The notes: generated by a model not told the origin, from the sequence alone. A stretch of DNA of 64,000 nt from Leucoraja erinacea (GCF_028641065.1 NW_026575913.1:124001-188000), one strand, 5' to 3'; counted from the first letter of the stretch, positions 12,461 to 26,447 are shown. Program-made: numbers and translations.

Positions 12461-13990
12461 CTGACACTTTTGAGAAATATAAAAGTGGATAAGTCCCCAG
12501 GTCCGGACAGGATATTCCCTAGGACATTGAGGGAAGTTAGTGTAGAAATAGCAGGGGCTATGGCAGAAATCTTTCAAGCGTCATTAGAAACGGGAATAGT
12601 GCCGGGGGATTGGCGTACTGCGCATGTTGTTCCATTGTTTAAAAAGGGGTCTAAGAGTAAACCTAGCAATTATAGACCTGTTAGTTTGACGTCAGTGGTG
12701 GGCAAATTAGTGGAAAGAATACTTAGAGATAATATATATAAGCATCTGGATAAACAGGGTCTGATTAGGAACAGTCAACATGGATTTGTGCCTGGAAGGT
12801 CATGTTTGACTAATCTTCTTGAATTTTTTGAAGATGTTACTTGGGAAATTGATGAGGGTAAAGCAGTGGATGTTGTGTATATGGACTTCAGTAAGCCCTT
12901 TGTCAAGGTTCCTCATGGAAGGTTGGTTAAGAAGGTTCAATGGTTGGGTATTAATGGTGGAGTAGCAAGATGGATTCAACAGTGGCGGAATGGGAGATGC
13001 CAGAGAGTAATGGTGGATGGTTGTTTGTCAGGTTGGAGGCCAGTGACGAGTGGGGTGCCACAGGGATCTGTGTTGGGTCCACTGTTGTTTGTCATGTACA
13101 TCAATGATCTGGATGATGGTGTGGTAAATTGGATTAGTAAGTATGCAGATGATACTAAGATAGGTGGGGTTGCGGGTAATGAAGTAGAGTTTCAAAGTCT
13201 ACAGAGAGATTTATGCCAGTTGGAAGAGTGGGCTGAAAGATGGCAGATGGAGTTTAATGCTTATAAGTGTGAGGTGCTCATCTTGGCAGGACAAATCAAA
13301 ATAGGATGTACATGGTAAATGGAATCTCATGTAGATAGGGTGGTAAATAAAGCTTTTGGTTTGCTGGCCTTTATAAATCAGAGCATTGAGTATAGATGTT
13401 GGGATGTGATGTTAAAATTGTACAAGGCATTGGTGAGACCAATTCTGGAGTATGGTGTACAATTTTGGTCGCCTAATTATAGGAAGGATGTCAACAAAAT
13501 AGAGAGAGTGCAGAGGAGATTTACTAGAATGTTGCCTGGGTTTCAGCAACTAAGTTACAGAGAAAGGTTGAACAAGTTACGGGTTTTATTCTTTGGAGCG
13601 CAGAAGGTTAAGGGGGGACTTGATAGAGGTTTTTAAAATGATGAGAGGGATAGACAGAGTTGACGTGGAAAAGCTTTTCCCACTGAGAGTAGGGAAGATT
13701 CAAACAAGGGGACATGACTTGAGAATTAAGGGACTGAAGTTTAGGGGTAACATGAGGGGGAACTTCTTTACTCAGAGAGTGGTGGCTGTGTGGAATGAGC
13801 TTCCAGTGAAGGTGGTGGAGGCAGGTTCATTTTTATCATTTAAAAATAAATTGGATAGTTATATGGACGGGAAGGGAATGGAAGGTTATGGTCTGAGCGC
13901 AGGTATATGGGACTAGGGGAGAATATGTGTTCAGCACGGACTAGAAGGGTCGAGATGGCATGTTTCCGTGCTGTAATTGTTATATGGTTA
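12461..13990 (+). mobile_element. 5'-truncated CR1-A LINE (RT region)
   Basis: ORFs KSPGPDRIFP...YADDTK...VWNELP; 3' UTR and TTATATGGTTA tail; interrupts CR1-B. Confidence 0.93.
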
Positions 13991-14848
13991 GTGAAGGCAG
14001 ATCTAAAGTACCTGTTCAACTCATCTGTCATTTCCTTGTTCCCCATAATAAATTCACCTTTTTCGGTCTTCAAGGGTCCAACTTTGGTCTTCGTCGTTTT
14101 AGTTTTTATACTGTCCCTTACATCCCTTGTGAGTCATGGTCATCCCTTCCTCTCCTTGGAATCTTTCTTCCTCCTAGGAATGAACTGATCCTGCACCTTC
14201 TGTATTATTCCTGGAAACACCTGCCATTTTTGTTCCACTGGCATCTCTGCTAGTGTATCTTTCCAGTCAACTTTGGCCAGCTTCTCCCTCATGGCCCAAT
14301 AGTCCCCTTTACTCAACGGCAACACTGACACCTCCGATCTACTCTTCTCCCTCTCCAATTGTAGATTAAACCTGACCATGTTATGGTCCCTGCCTCCTAA
14401 TGGCTTGATTAATTAACCTCAAGGTCCTTTATCAAATCCGGTTCATTACATACCACTAAATCCAGAATTGCCTTCTCCCTGGTAGGGTCCAATACAAGCT
14501 GCTCTATGAATCCATCACAAAGGCACTCTACAAAGTCCTTTTCTTGGGGTCCTATACCAACCTGATTTTCCCAGTCTACCTGCATGTTGAAATCTCCCAT
14601 AACAACCACAGCATTACTTTTACTACATGCCAATTGTAATTCCTGATTCAACTTGCACCCTATTTCCAGGCTACTGTTTGGGGGCATGTAGATTAGTCCC
14701 ATTAGGGTCTTTTTACACTTACAGTTCCTTAGTTCTATCCATACTGACTCCACGTCTCCTGTTTCAATGTCACCCCTTGCAAGGGACTGAATTTAATTCC
14801 TCACCAACAGGGCAACCCCACCCCCTCTGCCCACCTGTCTGTCTTTTC

Positions 14849-15792
14849 AATAACCATATAACAATTACAGCACGGAAACAGGCCATCTCGGCCTTACAAG
14901 TCCGTGCCGAACAACCTTTTTTCCCTTAGTCCCACCTGCCTGCACTCATACCATAACCCTCCATTCCCTTCTCATCTATATGCCTATCCAATTTATTTTT
15001 AAATGATACCAACGAACCTGCCTCCACCACTTCCACTGGAAGCTCATTCCACACCGCTACCACTCTCTGAGTAAAGAAGTTCCCCCTCATATTACCCCTA
15101 AACTTCTGTCCCTTAATTCTGAAGTCATGTCCTCTTGTTTGAATCTTCCCTATTCTCAAAGGGAAAAGCTTGTCCACATCAACTCTGTCTATCCCTCTCA
15201 TCATTTTAAAGACCTCTATCAAGTCCCCCCTTAACCTTCTGCGCTCCAGAGAATAAAGACCTAACTTATTCAACCTTTCTCTGTAACTAGTTGTTGAAAC
15301 CCACGCAACATTCTAGTAAATCTCCTCTGTACTCTCTCTATTTTGTTGACATCCTTCCTATAATTGGGCGACCAAAATTGTACACCATTCTCCAGATTTG
15401 GTCTCACCAATGCCTTGTACAATTTTAACATTACATCCCAGCTTCTATACTCAATGCTCTGATTTATAAAGGCTAGCATACCAAAAGCTTTCTTTACCAC
15501 CCTATCTATATGAGATTCCACCTTCAAGGAACTATGCATGGTTATACCCATATCCCTCTGTTCAACTGTATTCTTCAATTCCCTACCATTTACCATGTAT
15601 GTCCTATTTTTGATTTGTCCTGCCAAGGTGTAGCACCTCACATTTATCAGCATTAAACTCCATCTGCCATCTTTCAGCCCATTCTTCCAAATGGCCAAAA
15701 TAACTCTGTAGACTTTGGAAATCCTCTTCATTATCCACAACACCCCCTATCTTGGTATCATCTGCATACTTACTAATCCAATTTACCACACC
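14849..15792 (-). mobile_element. 5'-truncated CR1-A LINE
   Basis: RT C-terminal ORFs and tail; CAATA repeated at both junctions. Confidence 0.92.
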
Positions 15793-16682
15793 AATAGGAG
15801 GTATATCCTTGAATATTCAGTTCCCAGCTCTGGCCCTCATGCAGCCATGACTCAGTAATTCCCACAACATCATACTTGGCAGTTTCTAACTGAGCCTCAA
15901 GCTCATCCACTTTATTCCTTATACGTCGCGCATTCATATACAGTACTTTGACTCTGCAAAGAATCTTCACATAAAGGGCACCAATAAAGTTATAAAGTAT
16001 CACACACACCAGTTGCTCCTTTGATCTTCCACCTCCCGCCACCCCCCCTCCCCCATCCGCCCCCACACTATCTATCCCCCTCCACCACCTCCCCTTCCCT
16101 CACACCACACCCCCTCCCCTCCTCCACTGACATTTTGTTTTTTATTTCACATTTCCTGCATTTGCAGTTATTAATTAGGTTGGACACAGCATGGAAACGG
16201 TCCATGCCGACCATCGATCATCAATTCATTAATCTGAGGTCACTCAGTGGAACAGGCAGCATCTCTGGATAGAAGGTATGGGTGATGTCTGAGGAAGGGT
16301 CTCGACCCAAAACTATACCTTCTATCCAGAGATGCTGCCTGTCCCGCTGAGTTACTCCAGCATTTTGTGTCTATCTTTGCTGTAAACCAGCATCTGCAGT
16401 TCATTCCTACACATCTACAGTATGTTATCCACATTCTCACCCAAGCTCCGCACTACAACGAGAGTAATTTACAGAGCCCAATTAACCTACAAACCTGCAC
16501 GTTTACAAGATATAGGACAAAACTGGAGCACCTGGAGGAAATATGTGTGGTCACAGGGAGAATGTGTAAACTTGCTCGAGATCAGGATCAAACCTGGATC
16601 TCTGCTACAGCGAGGTATTTCTTTGAGATTTGTTTTATTTACATTGATCACTATCCAAATTTATTGAAATGAATGAACTAAC

Positions 16683-16943
16683 TTGCTGTTTCATTGTGCC
16701 TCCGCATCCATTCATCCACTTGCCCTTTGATGATTCCATGGAAACCAGTTTCAGTGAACGTATCTGTTACCCAGTACTTCCGGTCAAATGCAGCCGCCAT
16801 CCATTTCTGTCTTGGGACTGCAATGTCCATGTTGTTGTCATAATACTGTATCTCACAACCGTCCAGAACACCCACAAAACTATATTCTTCTAGATGAGTA
16901 CTCCTGTGGTTCAGGGTGTAGTAATAGATCAGTGTGTGAGGCC
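16683..16943 (-). CDS. MHC class I-like heavy chain, exon 2 (alpha-1 domain)
   Basis: 261-nt phase-1/phase-1 exon with acceptor tgtctag| and donor |gttagt; translation GPHTLIYYYT...EEYSFVGVLDGCEIQYYDNN...AVPRQKWM...KYW...MRRHNETA matches class I alpha-1 motifs (H3, Y7, VG.xD, YYD, PR..W, YW, N86 sequon); no stops. Confidence 0.9.
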
Positions 16944-17304
16944 CTAGACACAAATAAAATACAATTATTGTCTAGTAATGGAAATATCTATGGATAGGAA
17001 AGGTTTGGAGGGAAATCGGCAAAACACCAATCAGATTTACATTGCACTAAACATGACACCCTTTACCCTCTATCTATCGATTGTGAACGGCTTCATTGCA
17101 ATGTAGTCTTTTCACTGACTGGATAGCACACAAGAAACATTTTCACTGCAAAACAGTACGTGTCACATTAATATTAAATTAAATTAAGCTAAAATGTAGG
17201 TAGGTGGGTCAAGAATATTTGGGGCATCTTGGCCAGCATAGATAAGCTGGGCTGAAGGGCCTGTTTATATGTTGTATATAATTCTAAATGTCAAGATTAC
17301 TTAG

Positions 17305-19950
17305 ATTATTTTAGTTTAGAGATACAGAGTGGAAACAGGCCCTTCGGCACAACGAGTCGGCACAAATCCAGCACATTAACACTATCCTACACACGAAGGA
17401 CAATTTACATTTATTTCAAGCCTATTAACCAACAAACCTGAACGTCGTTGGAGTGTGGGAGGAAACTGGACATCTTGGAGAAAACCCACACTGGTCATGG
17501 GGAGAACGTACAAACTCCCTACAAACAGCACCCTTAGTCAGGATCGGACCCGGGGCTCTGGCACTTTAAGGCAGCAACTCTATCACTGCCCCATCATGCC
17601 GCCCGCCCTAACCAATCAACATGTGGAAATAATATGATATTCAGATATTCCACCCACAAAGGTAAGTCATGGCAGTTATTTGGTTCACAGGCTACCATAC
17701 ATTACTCCGTGTGTCGTTAAAGAGTAACATTTAGGGGTAGGTATTGGAAATATCAGGAAGATAAAAAGAGATCAGGTACCAAAAGGGTTAGCATGGACTT
17801 GGTGGGTCAAAGGGCTTGTTTCTGTGCTGCACTCTCTATGCTGCACATTCAACTATTTGCATCACATCGTAACCTTCATAAGTCGTAACCTTCAGTTGAT
17901 TAGTCTAACAAGGATTCATCCACTGGTGTGTCAGACGGTGTGTATATATGGTTAACTGGTCGCCCGACGCGTCACAGAGTGCATCGTGTCGTCGGTTCCG
18001 GGGATCGCCACGAGGAGGCTTCTGTCATGATCCCTCCTATTTCAGTATAGGAGCAGGGAGGTTCTACTGCAGTTGTAAAGGGGGTTAGTGAGACCACACC
18101 TGGAGTATTGCGTACAGTTTTGGTCTCCTAATCTGAGGAAAGACATTCTTGCCATAAAGGGAGTACAGAGAAGGTTCACCAGACTGATTCCTGGGATGTC
18201 AGGACTTTCATATGAAGAAAGACTGGACAGACGCGGCTTGTACTCGCTAGAATTTGGAAGATTGAGGGGTATCTTAAAGAAACTTACAAAATTCTTAAGG
18301 GGTTGGACAGGCTAGATGCAGGAAGATTGTTCCTGGTGTTGGGGAAGTCCAGAACAAGAGGTCACAGTTTAAGGATAAGGGGGAAATCTGTTAGGACCGA
18401 GATGAGAAAAACATTTTTCACACAGAGAGTGGTGAATCTCTGGAATTCTCTGGCACAGAGGTAGTTGAGGCCAGTTCATTGGCTACATCTAAGAGGGAGT
18501 TAGATGTGGCCCTTGTGGCTAAAGGGATCAGGGGGTATGGAGAGAAGGCAGGTACAGGATGTTGAGTTGGATGATCAGCCATGATCATATTGAATGGCGG
18601 TGCAAGCTCGAAGGGCCGAATGGCCTACTCCTGAACCTATTTTCTATGTTTCTATGTTTCTAAACAAGGGTGATAGTCGAACAGAGGTAGAGTTACTGCC
18701 TTAGAGTTCAAAAGACAGCCAGGTTCAATCCTGACCATGGGTGCTGTCTGCATGCAGTCTTTACATTCTACCTGTGGGTTTTCCCTGGGTGCTCCAGTTT
18801 CCTCCCACACTCCAAAGCCGAGTTTGTAGTTTAATAGGCTTTGGTAAAGATTGTAAATTGTTGCTGGTCTATAGGATATTGCTACTGTACAGGTATCGCT
18901 GTTCAGCATGGTGGGTTGAAGAGCCTGTTCGCATGCTATATCTCTATGTCATCTTGAGCTGCAATATACAGTAGACTGTTGAAATCGGCTTGCACCATGG
19001 CAGTACATCAAGAGCAGACTCTAAAAATATCAATGTAACATTTAACTTCTGTTTTGATATGACCTCCTGGTGACTTTCTGATAGTTCACCACATCACCAC
19101 ATCCTCCTTTGTTCCCCTATCATCTCACTGGAGAGGCCCCACATTCACACTTCCTCAAATACCACAGATTTCCTGCTAGACTAGTTATTCAACTATTTAT
19201 TCCCACAGTCTGCTCTGTGAACATGCAGAAATTAACATCACAAACAATCAGGATTGAACAGCTCATTATCAACCTTAGACACAAAGTGCTAAAGTAACTC
19301 AGCGAGACCGGCAGCATCTCTGGAAAAAAAGGCTGGATGACACTTCGGGTCAAGACCCTACTTCAGTCTCAAGCAGGGTTAGTCTGAAGAAGGGTCCCAA
19401 CCCGACACATCAGACTGAAGAAGGTTTCCAACCTGAAGCTTCACCCAGCATCACCTATCCCTTTTCTACAGAGATGCTGTTTGACCCGTTGAGTTACTCC
19501 AGCATTTTGTGACTCTCTTTGGTACTAGCAGCATCTGCAATTTGTTGTTTCTACATCATTATCTATCTCTTTGAGAAAGCTTTCCCATAGAACTTGCCCC
19601 CTAACAAAATAAGATCACACAAAGTTACCAATTAGGGAGGCACGGTGCACAGCGGTAGAGTTGCTGCCTCCCAGTGTTTGCAGTGCCAGAGTCCCAGTTT
19701 CAATCCTGACTATGGGTGCTCTCAGTACGGAGTTAGTACGCTCTCCCCGTGACCTGCGTGGATTTTCGCCGAGATCTTTAATTTACTCCTACACTCCAAA
19801 GACGTGCAGGAATATAGGTTAATTCACTTGATGCATGTGTAAAATTGCCCCTCATGTGCATAGGACAGTGTTGGTGTGCGGGGTAGTCGCTGGTCGGTGC
19901 AGACTCGGTGGGCCGAAGGGCCTGTTTCCGTGCTGTATAGCTAAACTAAA
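17305..19950. mobile_element. V-SINE copies (~17305-17600 -, 18665-18945 +, 19634-19950 +) and a CR1-B 3' fragment (18045-18662 +)
   Basis: Same SINE head/core/tail as above; CR1-B RPHLEYCVQFWSP and (TTTCTATG)n tail. Confidence 0.85.
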
Positions 19951-20548
19951 ACAAATGAAAGAACCTATTTTACATATGTCACTTCCTTTGGTTCAGGCAG
20001 TGTTCTCTCTGGTGTAGACTGCCTGATAGTAATTTTCAGCTTATTCTGGTGAATAGAGATAGCAACATGAAAACCACAGAAATAATCTTAAAATAAACGG
20101 AATCATGCAGCATATGAACAGGCCCATTTGCCTAAGCTTGTTTATGCTGACCGAGATGTTTATCTACAATTACATGAATTACGCCCTTATCCCTCCCTGA
20201 CTTTCCTACCAAAAGTCCAAATGCTTTAAACATTGTGATTATCTCTGCCTCTATCATCTCCCCTGCAGCTCATTCCAGATAACTACTGTGGTGAGAAACA
20301 TCTGCTCAAATCCCCTTGACATTTCTCTCCCATCACCTTAAACCTTCAGTTCTAGTCTCCACTGTAATAGAAAGCTGAAAAAGAGAGGTGGGGCTGGGAC
20401 AAAGCCTGGCAAGTGATACAGGTGATAAGACCATAAAATGCTGGAGTAACTCAGTGGGTCAGGCAGCATCTCTGGAGAGAAGGAATGGGTGCCTTTTCAG
20501 GTCGAGATTCTTCTTCAGACTACTTGAGGATAAGGGAAACAAGAGGTA

Positions 20549-21348
20549 CAGGTGCACAACCTTTTTTATCCGGTGTTCCAGAAACCGAAAAGCTCCGAAA
20601 ACCGGCCATTTTTTCCAGATGTCGTCTGCGCACCAAAGCTCGCGTTTGGCGCCAAACTTGACCTAAAACGACCCACGGTCAACCCAGGTCTGTACTACTG
20701 TAGCGGCTGCCTCCTCCCTGGAGACCGGGAGACGCTTAAACATCTGTAAATCATTGCTTAAATGTTAGTCAGTTAGTTTGGAGGGCTTTTATGTGAAGGG
20801 GGGTGAAGGGGTAAACTTTAAATAACCGGCAGCGGTGGGCGGCGCTGGTTGTAGCTCCGCTACCCCTGGCTGCGAGGCGCTCCAAATCCAGCGCGGCCCG
20901 CGGCCAGACGCCCCAGCTCCGCGAATGTCGGGTGCAGCGGCAAGCTCCGAAGCAAGAAGCCAGGGGTAGAGTTGCCGGGGTCGGAGCCGACGTTTCCCGC
21001 GGCGGCCGGACGGAGAGCTCCGCGGCTCCAAAACAGATTTTGCCCGCTCCCCGCTGGTATCCCAGCGCTGCGAAGTCCGGCCGCGGGCGGCGCTGGATTT
21101 GGAGCGCCTCGCAGCCAGGGGTAGAGTTGCCGGGGTCGGAGCTACAACCGGCGCCGCCCGCGGCCGGACGGAGGCTCCGCGAGGTTGGGAGTCGCCGACC
21201 AGGACTAAGAATTAAAAGACTCCACCACCACCACATAAAATCCCTCCAAACTAACTAACTAACATTTGCAATGATTCTCCCGGTCAACGCGCTACCTACC
21301 TAATCTACAAGAGGTCCCAAGGCTTTCGGATAAAAGGTTGTGCACCTG
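20549..21348. mobile_element. Tc1/mariner-superfamily (pogo/Tigger-like) MITE, 800 bp
   Basis: TA|CAGGTGCACAACCTTTT...AAAAGGTTGTGCACCTG|TA; TA target duplication; internal inverted repeats. Confidence 0.9.
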
Positions 21349-21879
21349 TATAGACAATGATGTTGAGAGATAAAGAAGAATGAATGAAAGATATGCAAAA
21401 ATGTAACAATAATAAGGGAAACAGGCCATTGTAAGCTATTTGTTGGGTGGAAGCAAGAAGCTGGTCCGACTTGAGAACAGATTTTGATAAGTAGATGGGT
21501 GGAGTAAGTGGCAACGGCAAGAGGTGAAAAGGTTACAAAGGGTCTGAAGAAGGGTCTCGACCAGAAACGTCCCATTCCTTCTATCCAGAGATACTGCCTG
21601 TATCTCTGGATAGAAGGAGTTACTCCAGCTTTTTGTGTCTATCTTTGGTTTAAACCGCATCTGCAGTTCCTCCTTACACAAGAGACAAATGGGGTCAGGT
21701 AAGGAGTTAGATGTGGCCCTTGTGGCTAAGGGGATCAGGGGGTATGGAGAGAAGGCAGGTACGGGATACTGAGTTGGATGATCAGCCATGATCATATTGA
21801 ATGGCGGTGCAGGCTCGAAGGGCCGAATGGCCTACTCCTGCACCTAATTTCTATGTTTCTATGTTTCTATGAGATAAGA

Positions 21880-21920
21880 GGAGTGAAATCTAAAGCCAGA
21901 TGAAGGCCATAGGTGGGAAC

Positions 21921-21961
<41 letters not shown>

Positions 21962-22400
21962 GGAGAAAGATTGGGGATAAAAGTGCAATGAGAGAATTGA
22001 GGAAGGTAGATGCATAAACAAAGGGGAAAGGAACTGAGTGATTGGGAGGGTGGGTGTTAGTGGGAGAAATAGGCGCACATCAGGGTGGACAGGAAAGAAT
22101 GGGTGTTGGGGGGGGGGTGGGGGGGGACGGGGAGGAAGGGGAGGGTATTGCCTCAAGTTGAACAATTCAATGTCCATAACATTGGACTGTAAGCTATCCA
22201 AGTAGAACATGAAGTGCTGTTCCTCCAGATTGCATGTGTCCTCACTCTGGCAATGGAAGAAGCTAAAGACAGAAAGGTGGGTCTGGTACTGGGAAGGGGG
22301 GGGGGGGGGGGGGGGGTTGAAAGGGTTAGAGTTGGGAGATCCAGCAGGTGTTGGCAGAAAGAATGCAAGTGCTTTATAAAATGGTGGTCCCGTCTATGCT
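21880..22400 (-). mobile_element. Degenerate Penelope-like 3' fragment with poly-G tracts
   Basis: Reverse complement resembles the GIY-YIG C-terminus (LEEQH..F.L.SL....M.IE) and downstream flank at 51050-51400. Confidence 0.7.
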
Positions 22401-23079
22401 GATGCAAAAGAGGCTACTTAGGGACACAGAAAGTGGTAGGTGCTTGGAACACACTCTCAGGAGAGGTGGATGCAGATACTACAGCACAATATATGTGGAT
22501 ATGCAGACACACACATGAACAGGCAGGAAATAGAGGGCTATAGACCACATGGTAACGTGGAATTAATTTAAATAGGCATCACGGTCAGCCTAGATCTCAC
22601 GGGCGGAAAATACTGTATGAAAAAGGGTCTCGACCAGAAACATCACCCATTCCTTCCCTCCAGAGAAGCTGCCTGTCCCACCGAGTTACTCCAGCTTTAT
22701 GTGTCTATCTACTGATTTAACCAGTTTCAGCAGTTCCTTCCTGTACATCCTGCCTGTGCAGCATTGTTCTGTGTTTACACATAGAGTGTAAATAAAACCT
22801 GCCATCCAGTGTGCCATTTAAATCAATTATGAGTGATGTATATTTTTATTCCATGTCATCCTACAAAATACCCCACAAATATACCACTCAGTGGCAGCAT
22901 TCAGTGGATGGTGGCTGAGGCAAGGCAGCTATCAACTAGTTCATAGATTACATTTGTTTTCTTTTGACATTGTCAAGTTACTGAACGTTTTCCACAGGAA
23001 GTACTTTTTATGGCCCATTCTAGTGAGAATATTGATGAATGAAAAACAAGAAAACTGTTCTTTTGGACAGCACTATTAT

Positions 23080-23400
23080 GGGGGTCACGGTGCAGTAGAG
23101 GTAGAGCTACTGCCTTACAGCGCCAACAACCCGGGTTCGATCCTGACTACAGGTGCTGTCTGTACGGAGTTTGTACGTTCTCCCCGTGACCTGCATGGGT
23201 TTTCTCCAAGACCTTTGATTTCCTCCCACACTCCAAAGACGTACAGGTTTGTAGGTTAATGGGCTTTGTGTAAATATTAGATTGTGTGTCGTGTGTGTGC
23301 GTGCGTGCCTGCGTGTGGTAGCGATAGTGCGGTAATCGCTGGCCGGTGCGGACTCGGTGGGCTGAAGGGCCTGTTTCTGCTCTGTATCTCTGAACTAAAC
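23080..23400 (+). mobile_element. V-SINE (HE1-like), near full length
   Basis: GGTTCGATCC B-box, V core, tail CTGTATCTCTGAACTAAACTA. Confidence 0.9.
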
Positions 23401-24998
23401 TAGTACCAAAACAAATAAAGAGGAAAATAAAGTCATCGAACACAGAAACTTGTGTCTGTGCGAGTGGTCAAGCACTAATCCCACACTAAACTGTTCCAAA
23501 TGTTGCAGGAGTCCAGAACCAGGGGTCAGTTTAAAACTAAGGGGTAGGTTATTGAGAACTGAGATCAGGAAGAACTTTTTCAACCAGATAGTTGTGAATC
23601 TGTGGTATTCTCTGCCACAGAGGGCAGTGGAGACCAATTCATGGGATGTTTTCAAGACAGTTAGATTTAGCTCTTAGGGCTATTGGAATCAAATCATATG
23701 GGGGGAAAAGCAGGAACGAGGTAATGATTTTGGATGATCAGCCATGATCATATTGCATAATATGATTCGAAGGACCGAATGGCCTCTTCCTGCACCTAAA
23801 GTATTTTCATTGTTTCTTTGTAAATCACATTCCCATTAACTTCCCTCCCTTCTCAATTTTCCCACCACCCACATTCACTCAGGGAAGATGACCTTCCAGT
23901 CAAATAACCTGATCCTACCTCACAAATGTTTATAAATGCTTTAAATGTAACCTTGTTAAATGTTTTCTGAACTGGTGATTAATCTATATCTCCCATTTCC
24001 CCTCCCTTCTCATAAATGTACTGTACACTGCACAATGACAATAGAGATCTGATGTACTGTACATACTTCAGCCGGCATAACTTCACTTTTACACACTCTT
24101 CTCTCTGATACATGCACAGCAGGTGAAGAGCACAATTGCTCGAGCCGTGAGGAATGTATTGCTGGAGTCGACTATCAATATTAATCAGCAAAAGACCCAT
24201 GTTCTAGGGTATGATTACATTACAAAAACTACCAAATAACCTTTCCGTTTTCAGTAGAAAATAGGATAAAATAATGGCGTGGTGCTATAAACTTGACACA
24301 GAAATAAGACGATGGAAATAATCCAACAGCGTCTGTGGAGATAAATAGAGTTGCAACATTTTACATTCCAAATTAAATGATGAAGGTCCAGAATGTGAAT
24401 TCAGATTTCCTCTCCTTAAGCTTAACATTTTCCAAGGTTTCTGGGTATTTAGTTTGATTTAGAGATACAGTGCAGAAACAGCCCGCCATTTTCTTGCTGA
24501 CCAGCGATCCCTGCAAACTATCACATTTCTATGCACACACTTGAGACAATTTAGAATTTTACTAAGGCAATTGGTATGTCATTGGCGTGTGGGAGGAAAC
24601 CGGAGTGCCCGGAGGAAACCTGCACCTGTCATGGGATGGGAAGTACATACATAGAAACATAGAAATTAGGTGCAGGAGTAGGCCATTCGGCCCTTCGAGC
24701 CTGCACCGCCATTCAATATGATCATGGCTGATCATCGAACTCAGTATCCCGTACCTGCCTTCTCTCCATACCCCCTGATCCCCTTAGCCACAAGGGCCAC
24801 ATCTAACTCCCTCTTAAATATAGCCATACGCCATACAGTACAAAAACGTATGGCGTTTGTACATATAGTACAAACGCCATACAGACAAAAACCGTAGTCA
24901 GGATTGAACCCGGGCCCCTTGCGCTGTAAAGCAGCAACTCTACCGCTGCACCACAGTGCCAAACCATATTTTTAGCATTTCCTGCCGAATCCTAAACT

Positions 24999-26447
24999 GT
25001 AAGGTGTATTATAGACCGCTAAATGGGGATCGAGAATTGGAAGAGCAAATATGTAAGGAGATAGCAGATATTAGTAGTAATCACAAGGTAGTGATTGTGG
25101 GAGATTTCAACTTTACACACATAGACTGGGAAACACATTCTGTAAATGGGCTGGATGGTTTGGAGTTTGTAAAATGTATGCAGGATAGTTTTTTGCAGCA
25201 ATACATAGAGGTACCTACTAGAGGAGGGGCAGTGCTGGACCTCCTGTTAGGAAATGAGACGGGCCAGGTGGCGGAGGTATGCGTTGGGGAGCACTTCGGG
25301 TCCAGTGATCACAATACCATTAGTTTCAATATAATTATGGAGAGGGTCAGAACTGGACCTAGGGTTGAGATTTTTGATTGGAGAAAGGCTAACTTTGATG
25401 CGATGCGAAATGATTTAAAAGGAGTGAACTGGGACATTTTGTTTTATGGGAAGGATGTGGAAGAGAAATGGAGGACATTTAAAGGGGAAATTTTAAGAGT
25501 ACAGAATCTTTATGTTCCTGTTCGGTTGAAAGGAAACAGTAAAAATTGGAAAGAGCCCTGGTTTTCAAGGGAAATTGGACACCTTGTTCATAAAAAGAGG
25601 GAGATCTACAATAATTATAGGCAGCATGGAGTAAATGAGGTGCTTGAGGAGTATAGAGAATGTTAAAAGAATCTTAAGAAAGAAATTAGAAAAGCTAAAA
25701 GACACGAGGTTGCTTTGGCAAGTAAGGTGAAAGTACATCCAAAGGGTTTCTACAGCTATATTAATAGCAAAAGGATAATGAGGGATAAAATTGGTCCATT
25801 GGAGAGACATCTGGATAAACAGGGTCTGATTAGGAACAGTCAACATGGATTTGTGCCTGGAAGGTCATGTTTGACTAATTTTCATGAATTTTTTGAAGAT
25901 GTTACTAGGGAAATTGACGAGGGTAAAGCAGTGGATGTTGTCTATATGGACTTTAGTAAGGCCTTTGACAAGGTTCCTCATGGAAGGTTGGTTAAGAAGG
26001 TTCAACTGTTGGGTATAAATGCAGGAGTAGCAAGATGGATTCAACAGTGGCTGAATGGGAGACGCCAGAGGGTAATGGTGGATGGCTGTTTGTCGGGTTG
26101 GAGGCAGGTGACTAGTGGGGTGCCTCAGGGATCTGTGTTGGGTCCTTTGTTGTTTGTCATGTACATCAATGATCTGGATGAAGGTGTGGTAAATTGGATT
26201 AGTAAGTATGCAGATGATACCAAGATAGGGGGTGTTGTGGATAATGAAGAGGATTTCCAAAGTCTACAGAGTGATTTAGGCCATTTGGATGAATGGGCTG
26301 AAAGATGGCAGATGGAGTTTAATGCTGATAAATGTGAGGTGCTACACCTTGGCAGGACAAATCAAAATAGGACGTACATGGTAAATGGTCGGGAATTGAA
26401 GAATGCAGTTGAACAGAGGGATCTGGGAATAACCGTGCATAGTTCCT
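24999..26447 (+). mobile_element. CR1-A LINE fragment (EN to RT, internal deletion at ~25805)
   Basis: YYRP, VGDFN, SDH, then QHGF...YADDTK. Confidence 0.92.

Larger units (their letters stand above)
6053..15960 (-). mobile_element. Old CR1-B LINE ORF2 (APE endonuclease + RT), split by three CR1-A insertions
   Basis: Collinear pieces 6053-7078, 11939-12460, 13991-14848 and 15793-15960 that rejoin across the inserts (e.g. TATGTGGGACC|TTATCAAATGC); EN start VKVLYMNARRIRNK; stops and frameshifts present. Confidence 0.88.

Noticed and set aside
1-16682. Search for class I alpha-2/alpha-3 exons
   Set aside because: No matching motifs seen by eye in the short unique stretches; the exons probably lie outside the window, though a diverged exon could have been missed.
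19634-19712. tRNA-like sequences with A/B boxes
   Set aside because: They are SINE heads continuous with the V-SINE core, not tRNA genes.
21924-21960. Long poly-G run (G-quadruplex candidate)
   Set aside because: Lies in a decayed Penelope flank and homopolymer length is unreliable in assemblies.
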